A program made the translations under genes and the position numbers. The notes below the pieces were generated by a model, which did no database searches, was not told the DNA's origin, and saw only the letters and a program-made list of their open reading frames with translations. A stretch of 62,230 nt of DNA, filler included, from Candidatus Delongbacteria bacterium (GTDB lineage Bacteria > UBA4055), in assembly GCA_016937995.1 (NCBI GenBank). It is 6 parts of 6 records of this genome, joined end to end, with 100 filler letters (N's around TTAATTAATTAA, not from the genome) between each part and the next. Parts side by side here need not be neighbours in the genome. Positions count along the whole stretch, not along the records: positions 1 to 25,004 come from JAFGVM010000067.1; 5 more parts are not named here. The stretch is one strand, 5' to 3'. Positions 1-9,664 of the stretch are shown here, piece after piece. The number at the start of each line of letters is the position of its first letter. Positions within the stretch are counted from its first letter, which is position 1.

Positions 1-80
1 GAAGTTAGAAGTTAGAAGTTAGAAGTTAGAAGTTAGAAGTTAGAAGTTAGAAGTTAGAAGTTAGAAGTTAGAAGTTAGAA
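1..80. repeat. Heptamer tandem repeat (GAAGTTA)n
   Basis: About 11 perfect copies running off the window start. Confidence 0.97.
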
Positions 81-164
81 GTAGGGGCATAATTTATTAC
101 GCCCGAAACTTTACATATCACATGATGATTGGTATTATACGGGCGTTATGAATAACGCCCTTAC
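81..164. repeat. Inverted pair of GTAG/GTAA-foot REP-like palindromes (REPIN-like)
   Basis: GTAGGGGCATAATTTATTACGCCC (81-104) and GGGCGTTATGAATAACGCCCTTAC (141-164); a near-identical pair lies at 5152-5235. Confidence 0.8.
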
Positions 165-1318
165 TTTTTTATTTTCACCCCATCTTTCAGCAGATCAAAG
201 AATTGCCCGGTGGGGCAGAGATAAAGGCACCACGGTTTTTTTACGAACAGTGAAACAATAAAAATAACTCCACTTCCAATCATTACTGTCATTGTTGCTG
301 AAGAGAAAAGAAATATTGTAAAAGGTTCTACTTCAGAAAGGTTTATTTTTAATGTGGTACTAACAATTATTATGATAGATATGAATATCAATAATCGTAT
401 CGTTCTTAATAATTTGATGATCTTTCCATTCAATTTTATCTTTTTAATCGGTAATTTACCAAGTAGTGCCTGAGTATTTCCGAAAGGGCAGATGTAACGG
501 CAGTATAAATGCTTGTTGAAAACCAGTGGGATCAGGACACTTACAGCAAGTAAAAATAGTGTAATATAAGTGGTAAAAATTGATAGTCCATGGATAGATA
601 AACTCTCTAAAAAATACATTGATATAAAATTACCTGATATTATTCCAAAGAATATAATAGATAATATTTGTATTATAAATTTATACTTATTTAATTTATT
701 TACAAAAATTGCTGTTATTGATAATATTAGAATTAAATATAACACAATTGAAACATTATGGTCAAGAAAGCTTATTTCGTTTTTATTTACTCCTGAAATA
801 TACTCTGTCTGACCTGTGAAAATGGATATCCTTTTGTCTATCATTTTGATGACAGAACGGGTTGTAATAGTTGCTCCGGAAATCACGTCTACTTTATGAT
901 CCTTAAGTTCTTCAATATTCTTACCGTTCCATGAATCAAAGAACTTCACATTTTGCAATCCTGATATCCATGCAGGTGTTTCTCTGTTATTCAATAGTCC
1001 GAGTCCAAGGATATTTTCATCCGTGTCAGCTATAATAGCTACCGGGATATTTCCACCGTAACCTCTTATTTCATCACAGAACGGGGAAGACAGGATGAAA
1101 TTTCCAATCTGGCTACCGTCTTTATCTAAAATCTTTGACCATTTCGTAGGGTAATTTGCCTTCTCAATTGAACTTGCAGCTGGAATTTTTTCTTTCACAA
1201 GATCGATCAGATTCTTATTCGCTTCGAAATCGAATTTTTCGCTTACTTCTTCTCTTGCAAGAATGAATACAATGATGAAAGCAATAATGACGGGTATTTT
1301 CAAAAGGTATTTTTTCAT
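161..1318 (-). CDS. FMN-binding domain / 4Fe-4S binding membrane protein (NosR/RnfG-like)
   Basis: DVISGATITT flavinylation motif, TM helices, two CxxxCP motifs (CRYICP, CLYLCP). Confidence 0.8.
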   Translation of the reverse strand: MKKYLLKIPVIIAFIIVFILAREEVSEKFDFEANKNLIDLVKEKIPAASSIEKANYPTKWSKILDKDGSQIGNFILSSPFCDEIRGYGGNIPVAIIADTDENILGLGLLNNRETPAWISGLQNVKFFDSWNGKNIEELKDHKVDVISGATITTRSVIKMIDKRISIFTGQTEYISGVNKNEISFLDHNVSIVLYLILILSITAIFVNKLNKYKFIIQILSIIFFGIISGNFISMYFLESLSIHGLSIFTTYITLFLLAVSVLIPLVFNKHLYCRYICPFGNTQALLGKLPIKKIKLNGKIIKLLRTIRLLIFISIIIIVSTTLKINLSEVEPFTIFLFSSATMTVMIGSGVIFIVSLFVKKPWCLYLCPTGQFFDLLKDGVKIKK

Positions 1319-1482
1319 TACATTTATGCCCCGGTTATTTCAGAGTATGAATTATACGAAAAATGAGCTTAAAAGAAAATGATAAAAAACAGGGAGCCCG
1401 TATCACATAGAAATCATGATTAATATTATTGCAAGTGGTCGGTATGTAGGATATATTATTTATTTAAACAATAAGGAGAGGA

Positions 1483-4407
1483 GTGTTTATGAAGACCAAA
1501 TTAATCGTATCAATATTATCGGTACTGCTTTTTACTTACAATGCAGTGGCAGATATACCTGCGGGTTACTATGATACTGCAACAGGTTCTGGATATACTC
1601 TTAAAACACAGCTTCATAATATCATTGATGATCATACTGTAGTATCTTACGATGCTCTTTGGACTCATTTTCAGAGTACAGATGTTGATCATTACTATGA
1701 GAACGATGGTAGTCCACTGGATATGTATTCAGAGGATCCGGATATGTCTGATCCATACAACTGGTCATTCGTATCTGATCAGTGTGGTTCATATACCGGC
1801 GAAGGAAGCTGTTACAACAGGGAGCACAGTTTCCCGAAAAGCTGGTTCAACGATGCCTCACCGATGTACTCGGATATATTCCATTTATATCTGACAGACG
1901 GATATGTCAATGGAAGAAGAAGTAATTATCCTTTCGGAGAGGTTGGTTCTGCGTCCTGGACCTCCCAAAATGGTTCAAAAGTTGGTTCTTCTTCTTATAC
2001 GGGATATACGGGTACGGTTTTTGAACCTATAGATGAATTTAAGGGTGATTTTGCAAGATCATATTTCTATATGGCTACAAGATACGAAGATGTTATCTCC
2101 GGATGGCCGGGGTCAGATATGCTTGACGGTTCATCAGACAAAGTTTTTACAGACTGGGCTTTAAATATGCTTATAGACTGGCATACAAATGACCCTGTTT
2201 CACAGAAGGAGATCGACAGAAATAATATCATCTATGATGATGTCCAGCACAACCGTAATCCTTTCATAGATAATCCAAACTATGTATATCAGATCTGGGG
2301 AGGAAATCCTGTTCCTTCATTAAACTTTGTTACAGCATCTCAGCAGATTGAAGAGAATATAGGTACTCTAACAGTGAATTTATCAATATCGGAAGCAATA
2401 CCTGATGCTGTAACTGCAAATCTGCTTATAACAGGTAGCGCAACTGATCCTGATGATTATACGATCTCATCTACAAGTGTCTTTTTCCCTGCAAGTTCAA
2501 CCGGGAACCAGTCTGCTGTACTTACGATAGAGGATGATCTTATACCCGAAGATTTTGAAACTATAACACTTACATTAGATAATCTTACAACTTCAAATCC
2601 TGATATTATTATTGGTCCGAGCAGTCAAATAACGATCACTATATATAACAGTGACGGTTTTGATGAAACTCCTCCGACTGTTTTGAGTCATACAATAGTT
2701 GATAGTACTAAATTAGTTCTCGAGTTCAGTGAAGATTTAGATCCTATAACCTCACAATTAGTAAGTAATTACGTTGTTGATAATGGTTTAGGTAATCCAG
2801 TCTCAGCAACTTTAGGATATCTTGGAGATTCTACTAAAGTAGTTTTGACTTTCGCATTAATAATGGAAGATGTTAGTTATCAGCTTACAATAAATAATGT
2901 TGAAGACACTGCATCAAATTCAATAGCAACAAATACTACCGTTGATTTTATTATTTCTGCTAGCGGGAGTGAGGGTTGGATCGAATATTTTGAGGATGCA
3001 ACTTTTTCAAGCTATTATACAGGTACAGGAACTTATCCGACAGGGGATTGGGACCTTCTCAGTGTTTACCTTGAACCTGCTTCTGAAGCATATGAAGGAG
3101 ATCACGCGGTCAGGATGAATGATGATACTGCAAATTCTTCGATCACTACTCCGGTAATTAATGGGGTCGATTCAGTTATCTTTTACTACCGAGCTTTAAA
3201 TCAGGAAGGTTCAGCTTCAACATTCTGGTTACAGAAGTCAGTTGATGGAGGAGCTTTTTCAAATGTTACAAGTCAGTCATATCAAAATAATACCTACGCT
3301 CAGTTCGCTTATAAAGTAAACGATTCCTCGGATAATATATTACTCAGAGTTTTGAATGATGATCAGGCAGGACATCTAATTGTTGATCAGTTCAAAGTAG
3401 TAACTTTTTCCGGACCTGTAGGAGATACAACTCCACCTACGATAACAGGTCATGAGATAGCTAACGGATCAGATATAATATTAGATTTTGATGAACTTCT
3501 TGATCCTATGACAGCTCAATTGGCAACTAATTACGTGCTTGATAATGCTGTAGGAAATCCTGACACTGCGGTTCTGGGTTACCTGGGTGATTTTACTAAG
3601 GTAGTATTATCGTTCTCACCATTTGTGGAAGATGTGAATTATCAGCTTACAATAAATAATGTTGAAGATAGTGCAGGAAATCCTATTGCTACAGATACTA
3701 CTGTTGATTTTATTATCAACTCAGGTGGTACAGGTGGAGGAGAGGGATGGATCGAAAGATTTGAAGATGGAACAGCTTTTGGGAGCTATTATACTGGCAC
3801 AGTTACTTACGGAACAGGAGATTGGGATCTTGTAAGTATTTACTTAGAAACTACTAATCCTCCGGCATATGAAGGAACTTATGCACTAAGGTTAAATGAT
3901 GACACACCTAACTCATCACTTACAACACCAGCTTTGAATGGAGTTGATTCTGTGATCTTTCAGTACAGAACTTTAAACAGTGAAGGTTCTCCTTCAACTT
4001 TCTGGTTACAGAAATCTGTTGATGGCGAAGCTTTTTCAAATGTTACAAGTCAGTCATATCAGGTCAATTCGTATAATGAATTTGCTTATAAAGTTGACGA
4101 TACATCGAATAACATTAAGCTAAGAGTTCTTAACGACGACCAGCTTGGACATCTTATCATTGATTACTTTAGAGTGGTAACTTTCCCTGTAGCAAATGAT
4201 CCTGATGCACCAGCCAATGTAGTAACAACTATTTCTGGAAGCAATCTTATCATAGACTGGGATGTTTCAGCAGGTGCGACGGGATATGATGTATATTCTT
4301 CTGATGATCCATATGGCACATTTACTCTTGCTGCTTCAGTAGGGACTAATCAATATACAGTTCCAGCTGATCAAGCTAAGTTGTTCTATTATATTGTCGC
4401 GAAATAA
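1483..4407 (+). CDS. Secreted endonuclease I family nuclease with Calx-beta-like domain, duplicated Ig-like/beta-sandwich modules and a C-terminal FN3-like module
   Basis: Signal peptide; NREHSFPKSWF, NGRRSNYPFG, KGDFARSYFYMATRY and NRNPFID motifs; start may be ATG 1489. Confidence 0.85.
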   Translation: MFMKTKLIVSILSVLLFTYNAVADIPAGYYDTATGSGYTLKTQLHNIIDDHTVVSYDALWTHFQSTDVDHYYENDGSPLDMYSEDPDMSDPYNWSFVSDQCGSYTGEGSCYNREHSFPKSWFNDASPMYSDIFHLYLTDGYVNGRRSNYPFGEVGSASWTSQNGSKVGSSSYTGYTGTVFEPIDEFKGDFARSYFYMATRYEDVISGWPGSDMLDGSSDKVFTDWALNMLIDWHTNDPVSQKEIDRNNIIYDDVQHNRNPFIDNPNYVYQIWGGNPVPSLNFVTASQQIEENIGTLTVNLSISEAIPDAVTANLLITGSATDPDDYTISSTSVFFPASSTGNQSAVLTIEDDLIPEDFETITLTLDNLTTSNPDIIIGPSSQITITIYNSDGFDETPPTVLSHTIVDSTKLVLEFSEDLDPITSQLVSNYVVDNGLGNPVSATLGYLGDSTKVVLTFALIMEDVSYQLTINNVEDTASNSIATNTTVDFIISASGSEGWIEYFEDATFSSYYTGTGTYPTGDWDLLSVYLEPASEAYEGDHAVRMNDDTANSSITTPVINGVDSVIFYYRALNQEGSASTFWLQKSVDGGAFSNVTSQSYQNNTYAQFAYKVNDSSDNILLRVLNDDQAGHLIVDQFKVVTFSGPVGDTTPPTITGHEIANGSDIILDFDELLDPMTAQLATNYVLDNAVGNPDTAVLGYLGDFTKVVLSFSPFVEDVNYQLTINNVEDSAGNPIATDTTVDFIINSGGTGGGEGWIERFEDGTAFGSYYTGTVTYGTGDWDLVSIYLETTNPPAYEGTYALRLNDDTPNSSLTTPALNGVDSVIFQYRTLNSEGSPSTFWLQKSVDGEAFSNVTSQSYQVNSYNEFAYKVDDTSNNIKLRVLNDDQLGHLIIDYFRVVTFPVANDPDAPANVVTTISGSNLIIDWDVSAGATGYDVYSSDDPYGTFTLAASVGTNQYTVPADQAKLFYYIVAK

Positions 4408-4414
4408 TAATACT

Positions 4415-4440
4415 GTAGGGTCGAACCTATGTGTTCGACC
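4415..4440 (+). repeat. GTAG-foot REP-like palindrome
   Basis: GTAG-GGTCGAAC-CTATGT-GTTCGACC; related reverse copy at 61651-61676. Confidence 0.7.
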
Positions 4441-4451
4441 GGTGGGAATTT

Positions 4452-4478
4452 AAGGGCGTTTAAGGACGCCCTTTTTTT
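4452..4478 (+). terminator. Rho-independent terminator
   Basis: AAGGGCGT-TTAAGG-ACGCCCTT followed by a T-run after the nuclease gene. Confidence 0.75.
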
Positions 4479-4487
4479 AATGCAACT

Positions 4488-4658
4488 CTTGGACTTGTAA
4501 TAGAAGTTGACGGTTCTAGTCATAAAAATAAGCAGGAATATGATCATCAAAGTCAGAAGTACCTTGAAAGTCTAGGTTTGAAAGTGCTTAGAGTAACTGA
4601 TATAGATGTTAAGAATAATATGGATGGAGTTTTGAGAAAATTAAAAAATAACCTCTAA
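4488..4658 (+). pseudogene. 5'-truncated DUF559/Vsr-like endonuclease fragment
   Basis: Manual translation LGLVIEVDGSSHKNKQEYDHQSQKYLESLGLKVLRVTDIDVKNNMDGVLRKLKNNL*, no start codon; IEVDG..H and LESLGLKVLR are typical of DUF559. Confidence 0.75.
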
Positions 4659-4680
4659 CTTCTTATTTTTATTTTTAACA

Positions 4681-5076
4681 TCATCTCCACCTTACTTCAG
4701 CTTTGATCCCCTTTTTATGTTCAACTACGACAGTGCTGTCCAGTATCACACAGTTATAATCTTCAGGTAACTCAAGAAAATTTTCATTATTATAAATAAT
4801 CTTTTCACCGTAAACATATCTGGTGTTTATAAAACGCAATGATCCTGTTTGGGTGTAATAAGTTTCAGTATATTCCGCTATGGTGGAAGCAGTTTTTTGA
4901 GCTACTATTTTTAATGGCAGGGTAGGAGTAGGGGTAAGCAGGTTGAGAACTATTAGAAAAGTAGCTATGCCTGCAAAAGTTTTTCCGATAGATAAGATAA
5001 TGACTTTCTTTTTTGAGATCTGTTCCTCAGAAACTGACGGTCTTTCTTCAAAGTCTTCTTCATTATATTCGTACAA
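4681..5076 (-). CDS. Hypothetical single-pass membrane protein
   Basis: 131-aa ORF with one hydrophobic helix; no recognised family. Confidence 0.6.
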   Translation of the reverse strand: MYEYNEEDFEERPSVSEEQISKKKVIILSIGKTFAGIATFLIVLNLLTPTPTLPLKIVAQKTASTIAEYTETYYTQTGSLRFINTRYVYGEKIIYNNENFLELPEDYNCVILDSTVVVEHKKGIKAEVRWR

Positions 5077-5151
5077 ATTTTCGATATCCTATTTCTTTAT
5101 TACTCCTGGATTCCTCCCGATTTTCGGGAAGAATGACGGTTATTTTTCAAT

Positions 5152-5235
5152 GTAGGGGCGTTATTCATAACGCCCTAAACATATGTATCATAATTGACAA
5201 TATTGTTATCCGGGCGTAATAAATTACGCCCCTAC
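5152..5235. repeat. Inverted pair of GTAG-foot REP-like palindromes (REPIN-like)
   Basis: GTAGGGGCGTTATTCATAACGCCC ... GGGCGTAATAAATTACGCCCCTAC. Confidence 0.8.
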
Positions 5236-5274
5236 ATTTTCCATTTTCAACTTTCAATTCTCAATTTTTCTTGA

Positions 5275-7368
5275 TTACGAGTAATCAAGGAACTTAATCT
5301 TATCTTCAAACTTCTTATTCATGAAATCCCGCAGATCTGGATAATTCTTTAGAATATTATCTTCTGCGATAAGCTTGAACGCGCTTTTTCTGGCTAAAGC
5401 CATAAGCTTTACATCATAGAGCAAACTTGCAAGTTTCAATTCAGGCATTCCACTTTGCTTTTCACCAAGGAATTCACCCGGTCCTCTAAGCTTAAAATCT
5501 TCTTCACTGATCTTAAATCCATCTGTTGTTGACACCATGACTTTAACTCTCTCACTAGTATCATCAGGTACTTTATTACCGACATGTAGGATACAATAGG
5601 ATTGATCTTTACCACGACCGACTCGACCTCTAAGCTGATGTAACTGAGACAATCCGAATCTTTCACAGTGCATGATAAGCATAACAGTGGCATTCGGAAC
5701 ATCAACACCAACTTCAACAACCGTAGTTGAAACTAAGATATCGATATCTTTATTTTTAAAAGCCTGCATCACTCCGTCTTTCTCAGCATTCTTCATCTTA
5801 CCATGCAGCATAGCCAGATTTCTTTTAGGGAATTCCTCCTCAGAGAGATATTTAAATCCTTCCTCAGCAGCCTGAATATCAAGCTTTTTACTTTTCTCTA
5901 TCAAAGGATAAACAATATATGCCTGATGACCTTTGGATATTTCTTCGTCAATGAATTTATAAACTTTGAGCAGGTCGTTCTCTGTTCGTTTGGCAGTCTT
6001 GATCGGTTTTCTACCTGCAGGAAGTGAATCTATGATAGATATGTCGAGATCACCGTAAAGCGACAGTGAAAGTGTTCTCGGGATCGGTGTCGCTGTCATA
6101 ACGAGCAGATTTGGAGCTTCTTTCGCTTTTTCTATAAGATCACCCCGCTGCATCACTCCAAAGCGATGCTGCTCGTCTATGACCACTAATCCGAGTTTGT
6201 GGAATTTCACATCTTTCTGGATAATAGCATGTGTACCAATGATAATATTACTTTTGCCGGATTTAATGTCGGAGAGAACTTCTTCTTTATCACTTTTTTT
6301 TGTCTTACCAAGTAATAAAGTTATCTTCAGCCCGAGTTCCTCACAGAATTTATGAAAACCGAGATAATGCTGTTCAGCCAATATCTCAGTAGGTGCCATG
6401 ATAGCAGCCTGAAATCCGTTATCTATCATCATAAGCATTGAAAGTAAAGCTACAACGGTCTTACCGGAACCTACGTCCCCTTGAAGCATTCTGTTCATCA
6501 GTTTATCACTTTTCAAATCCTCATATATCTCTCTGATAACTTTTTTCTGAGCTTCAGTAAGTTCAAAAGGTAATTTTTCATAAACAGCCTTCAGAAGTTT
6601 TCCACTGCTCTTAATTTTATTCTTCTTTGGTATTAGTTTTACATTTGCTCTTCTTTTTGCCATGATAAGCTGAAGATGGAATAATTCATCAAATTTTAAG
6701 CGATTCAAAGCTGTATTCTTAGAAACATTATCTTCAGGGAAATGTATCAAATTTATAGCTGTTTTGAGATCAGGAAGGTTATGTTCTTTCCGTATATTCA
6801 CAGGAGTTAGGTCTTCGATGAACTCTGAGAACTGATCGAGTGCGTTCCTGATCAATTTTCTTAAAGTTCTACTGTCAATACTGTTTTTGGTAAGTTCACC
6901 GGAAAGAGGGTAGAGGGGAATTATTCTTCCCTGATTAAGTGTTGCTGAACCTTTTTCACTGTCGATCATTTCCAGCACAGGATGATCAATCGTCCACCCT
7001 CCGAAGTATTTCGGAACACCGGATATTATGTACTCTTCACCAGTTATAAGTTTATTGACAATATATTCACCACCACGGAACCAGTTACAGTTCAATATTC
7101 CTGTGTTATCAGAGAAAGAGGCTTTTAATCTCGTCTGTCTGTTCTTTCCTGGTATCTTCATTGATTCGAACAAAGTAGCGATCAGAGTTACTTCCCCCAT
7201 TCCATCCTGTATAGTGCCGATAGTCTGAATAGTCTGCCTGTCAAGGTGTCTTCGGGGATAATAATGTAAAAGATCGGAAACAGAGAAGATACCTGCATAA
7301 TTTAAAACTATCTCCCGTTTGGGTCCGATATCGCGGACTTCTGATATTTTAACTTTATTCAGGTTCAT
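5275..7368 (-). CDS. recG: ATP-dependent DNA helicase RecG
   Basis: QGDVGSGKT, DEQHRFG, MTATPIPRTL, QLRGRVGRG, LRGPGE motifs. Confidence 0.97.
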   Translation of the reverse strand: MNLNKVKISEVRDIGPKREIVLNYAGIFSVSDLLHYYPRRHLDRQTIQTIGTIQDGMGEVTLIATLFESMKIPGKNRQTRLKASFSDNTGILNCNWFRGGEYIVNKLITGEEYIISGVPKYFGGWTIDHPVLEMIDSEKGSATLNQGRIIPLYPLSGELTKNSIDSRTLRKLIRNALDQFSEFIEDLTPVNIRKEHNLPDLKTAINLIHFPEDNVSKNTALNRLKFDELFHLQLIMAKRRANVKLIPKKNKIKSSGKLLKAVYEKLPFELTEAQKKVIREIYEDLKSDKLMNRMLQGDVGSGKTVVALLSMLMMIDNGFQAAIMAPTEILAEQHYLGFHKFCEELGLKITLLLGKTKKSDKEEVLSDIKSGKSNIIIGTHAIIQKDVKFHKLGLVVIDEQHRFGVMQRGDLIEKAKEAPNLLVMTATPIPRTLSLSLYGDLDISIIDSLPAGRKPIKTAKRTENDLLKVYKFIDEEISKGHQAYIVYPLIEKSKKLDIQAAEEGFKYLSEEEFPKRNLAMLHGKMKNAEKDGVMQAFKNKDIDILVSTTVVEVGVDVPNATVMLIMHCERFGLSQLHQLRGRVGRGKDQSYCILHVGNKVPDDTSERVKVMVSTTDGFKISEEDFKLRGPGEFLGEKQSGMPELKLASLLYDVKLMALARKSAFKLIAEDNILKNYPDLRDFMNKKFEDKIKFLDYS

Positions 7369-7490
7369 TGATTAAATTTACAATTAACATCCGTAGTTTT
7401 ACAATTATTATTATTTTTATTTTTTTTATTGCCAACAAGTATGTATTATTCAACTGATAAATGATCCATTGTAAAATAGTGAGGTGAATT

Positions 7491-8387
7491 ATGAAATTAT
7501 GCAACCTGATAAGTCAGGAACTTACAATATGGGATGATCCTCATATTACTGATCATGATATGCTTTTCAAAAAAGCGGCTGATCTAATTTCGCTTGAATT
7601 TGGTTTGGATAAAGAAGAGATAAAAGAAGCATTCCATAAACGGTATGAGCTTGGTTATGAAGTATTTCCCGGTGCAACAGCTATTCCTCACGGAAGAATT
7701 GATGGTTTTGATGACCTTATTATTGTAATAGCAAAAACACAAAACCCGATAAAATTTGGAAATGGAGAAGCAAGTTATTTTTTCATAATTCTGACAAGCA
7801 ATACCGGTTCAAATATGTACTTAAAATCAGTTGCCGGATTGCTTAATATAATAAGTAAAAATGTAGATCAGTTCCCGATCATAAAACACCGGGAAGAAAT
7901 ATTTAAGATTATTGAAATTTCTGATATACGTCTAAACGAACAGGTTAAAGTATCAGAGATAATGTCAAAGGATGTAATAACAGTTACTCCTGAAGATAAG
8001 ATTTCTGATGTTGTGAATAAAATGAAAGAATATCAGCTTAAATTTTTTCCTGTAGCCGATGAAAATAATAAATATCTGGGCAAGATAGATCTTTTGGATA
8101 TTCTTGATATAGCCTATCCTTCATATCTGTTCAATATGAATAATCTTTCTTTTCTGAACAACCTGAAAACTTTTGAGGAATTCATAAACAAGGAATCTAC
8201 CTTTTTGGTCCAGGACATATTTAAGAAAGATACAAAGAAGGTGATCAGATCTGATTCAAGTATAATAGAACTCGGATTTATACTAAAAAAAGAAAAATGG
8301 CATCATTTGACAGTTTTGGATGAAAGTAAAACTATAGTTGGAATTGTTTCCATGTATGATATATTAACTAAAATAATAAGAGCTTAA
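7491..8387 (+). CDS. PTS EIIA (fructose/nitrogen type) domain fused to a CBS domain pair
   Basis: AIPHGR phospho-His motif in the N-terminal half; VSEIMSKDVITV and a second CBS repeat in the C-terminal half. Confidence 0.8.
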   Translation: MKLCNLISQELTIWDDPHITDHDMLFKKAADLISLEFGLDKEEIKEAFHKRYELGYEVFPGATAIPHGRIDGFDDLIIVIAKTQNPIKFGNGEASYFFIILTSNTGSNMYLKSVAGLLNIISKNVDQFPIIKHREEIFKIIEISDIRLNEQVKVSEIMSKDVITVTPEDKISDVVNKMKEYQLKFFPVADENNKYLGKIDLLDILDIAYPSYLFNMNNLSFLNNLKTFEEFINKESTFLVQDIFKKDTKKVIRSDSSIIELGFILKKEKWHHLTVLDESKTIVGIVSMYDILTKIIRA

Positions 8388-8388
8388 A

Positions 8389-9657
8389 ATGACCCCGATA
8401 ATAGCCGCAACAATTTTTATTTTGGCATATATTTTTATAGCATCAGAAAAAATAAACAAAACATCTGTAGCTCTTCTTGGTGCTTCGCTAATGCTTATTT
8501 TTCACATTATCTCTCAGGATAAAGCATTTGAGCATATTGATATGAATGTGATCTTTTTACTTATCAGTATGATGGTATTAGTGAAGATAATGGAAAAGAC
8601 AGGTATCTTTGAATTTATCGCAATTAAATTCGCAAAGATGGCTAAAGGTAATCCGTATAAAATAATGGTGATCCTTTTCTTTCTCACTGCTGTATTCTCT
8701 GCTTTTCTTGACAATATCACAACAGTTCTTCTTATTGCACCTGTATCGATCCTTTTGGCAAAAGAGCTCGAAATCTCTCCAATGCCCTTTTTGATAGTCC
8801 AGATATTTGCATCAAACATAGGCGGAACAGCAACACTCATTGGAGATCCGCCGAATATTATGATAGGCAGTGCAGCCGGACTTTCTTTTCTTGATTTTCT
8901 GATAAATGTCGGTCCTATTGTGTTGATTCTCATGATCATTTTTGCTCTGTTATTCATATTTATTTTTAAAGGATCGATGACAGTAACAAACAAAAACCGT
9001 GCAAGAATAATGGATTTTAATGAAAATAACATGATAAGGGATAAAAAACTATTGAGACGGTCTCTGATAATCTTTGCCGGTGTAATTATAGGTTTTATGA
9101 TACACGGATTTGTTGATCTTGAAGCAGCAAGTATAGCTATTAGCGGTGCAGCTTTTCTTATGATCTTCAGCGGGGTAGATACTGAGGAGATATTGAAAGA
9201 AGTTGAATGGTCGGGTATATCTTTCTTTATCGGGTTATTTATAATGGTTGGAGCTCTGGTGGAAACAGGTGTAATAAAATTGATCAGCACAGAGATGCTT
9301 AATTTTACTCATGGTGATGTGCAGTTTACAGCAAAGATCATGATCTGGTTCTCGGGTATATTCTCAGCGATAGTGGACAACATACCTTTTGTAGCTACAA
9401 CGATCCCTCTTGTTAATGATGTGGGAACAGTTGCAGGAAAGGAAGCAATTGAGCCTATCTGGTGGGCATTATCCCTGGGAGCTTGTTTAGGTGGGAACGG
9501 AACGTTGATCGGTGCATCTGCAAATATAATTGTTGCGAATTTTGCTGAAAAGTCAGGTTCGAGGATCGGTTTTTTATCATTTTTAAAGTACAGCATACCG
9601 CTTACGCTATTTTCTCTACTGGTATCCTATATTTATTTGGTCTTAAGATATTTTTAA
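8389..9657 (+). CDS. ArsB/NhaD (P-protein/CitM-like) ion transporter
   Basis: SAFLDNITT, SNIGGTATLIGDPPN, GACLGGNGTLIGASAN motifs; many TM helices. Confidence 0.9.
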   Translation: MTPIIAATIFILAYIFIASEKINKTSVALLGASLMLIFHIISQDKAFEHIDMNVIFLLISMMVLVKIMEKTGIFEFIAIKFAKMAKGNPYKIMVILFFLTAVFSAFLDNITTVLLIAPVSILLAKELEISPMPFLIVQIFASNIGGTATLIGDPPNIMIGSAAGLSFLDFLINVGPIVLILMIIFALLFIFIFKGSMTVTNKNRARIMDFNENNMIRDKKLLRRSLIIFAGVIIGFMIHGFVDLEAASIAISGAAFLMIFSGVDTEEILKEVEWSGISFFIGLFIMVGALVETGVIKLISTEMLNFTHGDVQFTAKIMIWFSGIFSAIVDNIPFVATTIPLVNDVGTVAGKEAIEPIWWALSLGACLGGNGTLIGASANIIVANFAEKSGSRIGFLSFLKYSIPLTLFSLLVSYIYLVLRYF

Positions 9658-9664
9658 ATGAGAT

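Noticed and set aside
1-80. Tandem repeats or att-like sites as a CRISPR array
   Set aside because: No unique spacers between constant 23-47 bp repeats and no cas genes in the window
8514-9290. 258-aa antisense ORF, and the many other short ORFs overlapping long genes
   Set aside because: Shadow frames of well-supported genes; no motifs or RBS
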